Assembly (NCBI GenBank): GCA_031763465.1
Contig: JARFOE010000016.1
Coordinates: 14,866,387 to 14,900,190, forward strand
Length of the DNA: 33,804 bases
Direction of reading: 5' to 3'
From: Squatina squatina
Lineage: Eukaryota
A model generated the notes under the pieces. That model did not search any database. It was not told where the DNA came from and saw only the letters and a program-made list of their open reading frames with translations. A program made the translations under genes and the position numbers. Every line of letters starts with the position of its first letter. Position 1 is the stretch's first letter. Shown piece by piece: positions 27,801-33,804 of this stretch.

Positions 27801-30800
27801 TAACAGGTACTTAACAATGTGTTTTCAATGAAAAGCACGTCCCACATATGGAATGTTATATATGAGTATAGGAAAATAGAAAAGTACAAGACCAGAAGAA
27901 ACTCAGCAATCTACTTAGCCAATTTGACCATAAATTTTAATATTTTATGTCCGTGGTTTTTTTTTTCATCTCATTCTATAAATTGGCGGCTGTTTTGTCT
28001 TACTGCCTCTTCTATTAAAATTGGTTGCAGTCTAAATCTCCTGCAGTTCCAGTACAGATTAAATTAAATGTGCACGGATGGGTTTTAATTGTTCGTAAAT
28101 GCTTTACAAAGAGAACCACTGAGTTTTATATATAGTAAGATTCCTCAGAACAGTGGGATTTCAGCAAGTACATTTTAAAAATTGTACAGCTTAAAGTGCA
28201 GATTTCTTGGCTCTTTGTTTTCTTGGTTAGTAATTGTGTACATGCGTCTGTAGGCCTTGTTTTGGCAAAGTGGGAGAAGCTTGTTGAAGGTCCGATTACA
28301 AGCCTCACATCATTTCCATTGTGCATTGGGGCGGGATTTAGGCCTCTGTTGGTGCTGAAGTAATTGATTAGGTCTGCAGTATACTCGCAAAATAGTTAAA
28401 AACTTTCGTAGAGAAATACCAGCTGCAGGGAAGCAGAGCGTCTTATCGAAGTACTGACGGTAAGGTTACATTTTTAATGTTACATTTTAAAGAGGTAGAA
28501 TTGGGCAGTGTCACTCGCAGTTGTCTGTTCCATACAGAGGAGGTGATCTGTGTTCCATGGAATAATAATTGTCACCTAACCCTCAAATATGTATTACAGT
28601 TGAATTGTACTCAAGATTTGAAGAATGCATATTAAAGACTGTAGTAGAAGTTATTTAGAGATTATCATTTGGATTAAAGTGAGAATAGAATATCATTACA
28701 TTATGTACATGCAAGTACATTTGCTAGTGGTAGATGGGGACGAATGCAAAGCACTTTCCAAAGCTCTTCCTTTCCTTTAATGAAATTACGTTTTCTGAAA
28801 AGGCAATTTAACTGTTTTTAATGTCTAAATGAAGACTAAATTAATATGTAAATTGAAAAGTTTACTCATGAAACAATTACCTGGTTAACTGCGTTTTTTT
28901 TTATAGCTGCTCCACTGCATTCCACTAATTTAGTTGTTTTTTGCTGCCCTGTTTCTACTATTTTGAAAAACCTTGAATTTTCAGTATGAATTGCCCTTTT
29001 TATATAAAATGCTGGTAGCACATCAGCTAATGCTGTTTTCAGTCTCAGAACTACAAGCATTAAATATTTTAATGGTATGCTTTGGCTCTCTCACAAATCA
29101 TGCACTTAATTATCTGATAATTACTCAAATAAAAAATGTGCAGATGGTACTATATACCCTGTCTTGGGGATCAGAGGTTTTTCCTGGTTGTTGTTCAGTT
29201 TTCTAAGTATTTCTTTAACCCTTCACTATGAATCTGGTGTAAAGCAGCCCTTCCATTCCCACTGAAAATATTGGAAATTCCTGAAATTCTTTGGAGGAAA
29301 AGAGTTAAGTCATTTTTCTGATGGTGTATCTGACANNNNNNNNNNNNNNNNNNNNNNNNNNNNNNNNNNNNNNNNNNNNNNNNNNNNNNNNNNNNNNNNN
29401 NNNNNNNNNNNNNNNNNNNNNNNNNNNNNNNNNNNTCTGACAAAGATGGATTCTGGGTATGGTTATCAAACTCCTGCCTTTTGTCAGAGTGTATAATGTA
29501 TTTGGCAGCTGCAGGCCTGAGCCCAGCGTTGGTTGTTTTAAAGCTCCTTAAGGATTATACTCATTAAAGCACAGGAATGAGGTAAGGCCCCCAAAGCGCA
29601 GGACCCTGTTACTTCATCAACATTCCACTGAAGAGGGTAATTAAAACAAAAATTAATTTTTTTAATGAAAGTGGAAAAATCAGAGCAAAATTGTACCAGA
29701 GACTAATGATAAATGTCTGGTTGCAGCAGAGTGCCTTCCTAAGAGAAAGAAAATGGCTCAGAACTGAGCCTGCTGGAGTTACTGTACTAAAAACAGAATG
29801 AGCTATGGGCATTACAGCACAACTGCAAGGATTTTGGCGAAAAACATTTTCTAACAGTATATAAAGTTTTTGTTTTTACTGTTGATCTAAGTTCATGTAT
29901 AACTACCTTTGTAGATTTTATGCTGTCGACTGAAACCAATAATGTTTGTCGAATCTCTTCTCTCTTATGAACTGAAATACAATTTCTGGATAGAGATTTG
30001 CACAACACTCCCATGCATCCTAATAAATAAGCTTTGTTTTTGCTATAGCATACAAGTCTTACACAGACTTTTTAATGCTACATTAGCTGTAAAAATGCTG
30101 TAACATCCCAAGATTCAAAAATCGGGCTGCTTCTTCCTTCCCTGTGTTGGGGAGAGTTGTATTAATTGTGTTAATCTTACACAGATTTTGTGAGGACTAG
30201 TTGGTCGTGCCATGACATAATAAAACTTTATACTGGATTGTTAAATGTGGAGAATAAAATTCAAAAAAGATTAATGCTGCACATATTTAGATAATTGGAA
30301 GCGTAACAGACAATTTACCTTGCACATTAACTCGCCAGATTTATTGCTTCACTACTCATAGTCCAAGTACATGGTAATAGAAATTTAATACAAATCATAC
30401 ATACAAAGTGCATCTAATACACTTCAGAAGGATAAATGTTTTTCTAGTATTTCCTCAAAGCAGCATGTACCAACATTTGGATTAACATGAAAGCAAGGGC
30501 AGTGCTGACAAACATGCCAGTTGTGGCACATTTACTCAGCCTTCATGGATTAATTTAAAAACCTTTGCACTTCAAAACATATTTGAAATTTCAGGGCTGC
30601 AAAGAAATACATTCTAAACCTTGGATAATATTCAAAATTTTGGGTCTACTTCTGTTAACCTGTTTTTAATAATTGGAATTTTCACTCGCATCCCATCAGC
30701 ATTTGGTATTTAAAGTAGTGTTTAGTATTTTTCTTCATTGTTAGAGATTTTAGACAGGAATCCATGGAGGATTTTCATGCTATTTATGATAGAGCTGTTG

Positions 30801-33800
30801 TGCACTTGTTTGAAAATAGCTTTTCTGCACTTGTTTTAATTCCTTTACACTTGAAATATATTCGGAATTAAGGATGGCAGAAATAATACTACTCTATTGA
30901 TGTAAATTGTTTTTGTATCGGTCCAGTTTATTACAGCTGAAACCTCAAAAGTTGAGTTTATAATTGAACCCTAATGGTTAAAATGAACAAAAATGAGAGA
31001 GTTCAGAAATCATTAAATAGTATTCTTTTTACGTGATGACNNNNNNNNNNNNNNNNNNNNNNNNNNNNNNNNNNNNNNNNNNNNNNNNNNNNNNNNNNNN
31101 NNNNNNNNNNNNNNNNNNNNNNNNNNNNNNNNNNNNNNNNTGCAGCACTCATGTACATACTGGCTCCAGCACAACTCAGGACAGCATATACATCTATAAT
31201 TCACCCTTAACCAGCAGTTATCCTATAGGTGAGTTTATAGACAGATCAAAAACAGATTGTCTGATAAAAAGCAGGGGCATTAGAATGGCATTGCAAAATC
31301 TTTTTTTATTATTGTCCATCTTTCTTGGTTTCGATAGGATCCTGAAATAGTATTTTTTCCAAAGCTTTTTTGCTGTTTTGATAGATTTTTGAACATGTGT
31401 TGTACATAAAGGGTTACAAAAGTTAAGCCCCAAGTGCAGACCATTTTCAGCTAGCTTACAGCAGCTGCGGAGTCGTGCTGATAGATTAAAAGCAGCTCCC
31501 AGCCCCTGAATGAAGTACATTAGAGCTCCTGCAGGGCTGAGCTGGGGAGAGGCCTTCACAGCTGTCGTTTAGGCCATGCTTCAAACTACAGGCTAAAAAA
31601 AGATATTCAAAAAACTCAAAAGGAAAGTACTTTATATTTCAATATAATTGCATTATGAAAGTTTGCAATGTGATTTCTCCATTTTTTGCTACATGACGAT
31701 ACCAGAATGTAATGTTCTGCACACATCTTTACAATATTTATCTCTTGCATTTATGTTGTTACCAACACAAATAAGATACAAAAATCAATTAAGAACAGAT
31801 ACACGATAAAATAGGAATTTATTTTGGATAATTTATGTGATGCCACAAGGCTATGTATCTATGTTAAATGATAAAGCCGTGAAACAAATCCTTTTGTATA
31901 CAGTACTCACATGTTATAAAGATTGGGCAGTTTGTAATTATTATATTTGGTGATAAAGCATGCAGAATATTAAGTGATATGCGTACTCTATGATAAATAG
32001 GTAAAATTACAGTATACACAGGTCCAGACTCATAGACACCAGGCAGCTTCAAAGAAACTGTTGGCCAGTATTAATTGTAGATGATTTAAAATAATACTAA
32101 TATACGTAAGGTGCTATGGAAANNNNNNNNNNNNNNNNNNNNNNNNNNNNNNNNNNNNNNNNNNNNNNNNNNNNNNNNNNNNNNNNNNNNNNNNNNNNNN
32201 NNNNNNNNNNNNNNNNNNNNNNNNNNNNNNNNNNNNNNNNNNNNNNNNNNNNNNNNNNNNNNNNNNNNNNNNNNNNNNNNNNNNNNNNNNNNNNNNNNNN
32301 NNNNNNNNNNNNNNNNNNNNNNNNNNNNNNNNNNNNNNNNNNNNNNNNNNNNNNNNNNNNNNNNNNNNNNNNNNNNNNNNNNNNNNNNNNNNNNNNNNNN
32401 NNNNNNNNNNNNNNNNNNNNNNNNNNNNNNNNNNNNNNNNNNNNNNNNNNNNNNNNNNNNNNNNNNNNNNNNNNNNNNNNNNNNNNNNNNNNNNNNNNNN
32501 NNNNNNNNNNNNNNNNNNNNNNNNNNNNNNNNNNNNNNNNNNNNNNNNNNNNNNNNNNNNNNNNNNNNNNNNNNNNNNNNNNNNNNNNNNNNNNNNNNNN
32601 NNNNNNNNNNNNNNNNNNNNNNNNNNNNNNNNNNNNNNNNNNNNNNNNNNNNNNNNNNNNNNNNNNNNNNNNNNNNNNNNNNNNNNNNNNNNNNNNNNNN
32701 NNNNNNNNNNNNNNNNNNNNNNNNNNNNNNNNNNNNNNNNNNNNNNNNNNNNNNNNNNNNNNNNNNNNNNNNNNNNNNNNNNNNNNNNNNNNNNNNNNNN
32801 NNNNNNNNNNNNNNNNNNNNNNNNNNNNNNNNNNNNNNNNNNNNNNNNNNNNNNNNNNNNNNNNNNNNNNNNNNNNNNNNNNNNNNNNNNNNNNNNNNNN
32901 NNNNNNNNNNNNNNNNNNNNNNNNNNNNNNNNNNNNNNNNNNNNNNNNNNNNNNNNNNNNNNNNNNNNNNNNNNNNNNNNNNNNNNNNNNNNNNNNNNTT
33001 TTCTTGCTCAAGAAAGCCATTTGGCAGTTTGATTATCTTTTGACACTGATGCTGAAAAAGAATGGCACTACGTAAACAGGATAACAAGACAGATTATCGC
33101 TAGACTGTAGTGAGGCCTGTATGGCCATGCGGTGGGTGGAGCTTAAACATAGACCTGTGTGTGTTCTATGAACATAGAGCTTGTTTCAGTAGAATTGTTT
33201 TCAGTGGGTTTTAATGTTTTGTCGAAGTGGCTTTAAATTCAGCATTCAATACTTAAAAACTGATGAAATATCTTCGTAGGAGAAGTATTATGGAGGTTGG
33301 TATCAATTGCAGAAATCTACACTGACTCAAAGTGAAGATCATTGTATAGTCATTAAAAATACACCACATAACGTACCCTTTCAGTATTGGAAAAAAACAT
33401 CTTAAACACATTTATGTCCTATTTTTCTTTGAATTCCCAATGAAAAGTATAATGAAATATGAATTGGGGATTTTAGGAAACCATGGATTGCTTTAAAATT
33501 TTCAAAATAAACATAAATTATCATCATGTTTTATATTTCAGAGACATTTCTACAAGTTAAATATCAAGGCAGATTTTTCTGTTCCTGTGTCTAGGTCTAT
33601 CTGGACCCATTGAATAGAAGAAAATCGGACTGGCCAGGAGTGCTTGCCCGTACGGGAGGTCATCCAGTCTTCCATTCATTTCAGTGAATGGACTAAAAAA
33701 TTGGATGGGCTCCATTCGGGGCATGGGCTTCTTCTATCTTCCTTTTCCTTTGTTTGATGCATCCAGTTGATTCAGTGGTACTATTCAGAAACAGGAAAAA

Positions 33801-33804
33801 AACT

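Noticed and set aside
18258-29550. Shared 13-mer gttttaaagctcc near 18259 and 29536
   Set aside because: Short and AT-rich, with little flanking similarity; compatible with chance in 34 kb.
14376-33087. Long ORFs of 200-330 aa at 14.4-15.2, 15.9-16.7, 26.5-27.4 and 32.1-33.1 kb
   Set aside because: They consist almost entirely of X from N runs.
33565-33730. Imperfect palindromes (ccattcatttcagtgaatgg; similar near 1183-1205 and 19540-19557) as a miRNA or structured RNA
   Set aside because: Stems are short, and the recurring pattern fits decayed MITE-like repeats better; no expression evidence.

Overview
Vertebrate genomic DNA from a gappy draft assembly. The repeat content (SacSINE1-like DeuSINEs, shark-type CR1 3' UTR) points to a cartilaginous fish. 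The window holds two internal + strand coding exons of the multi-C2H2 zinc-finger gene ZNF423 (OAZ/Zfp423/EBFAZ): the giant exon at 2174-5773 and the 85-nt exon at 6120-6204. No downstream exon encoding the last three fingers is visible outside the N gaps, so 6205-33804 is most likely one long intron. That intron carries decayed CR1 LINEs, DeuSINEs, a Gypsy pol remnant, an I-group (Ingi/Vingi-like) LINE remnant, GC-rich unclassified repeats and several motif-dense blocks that look like developmental enhancers. I found no support for a novel biological system. The best leads are the candidate enhancers, the Vingi-like element, a NAGNAGNAG acceptor and gap artefacts inside the coding exon. All comparisons to human ZNF423 and to repeat consensuses are from memory, not from a search.
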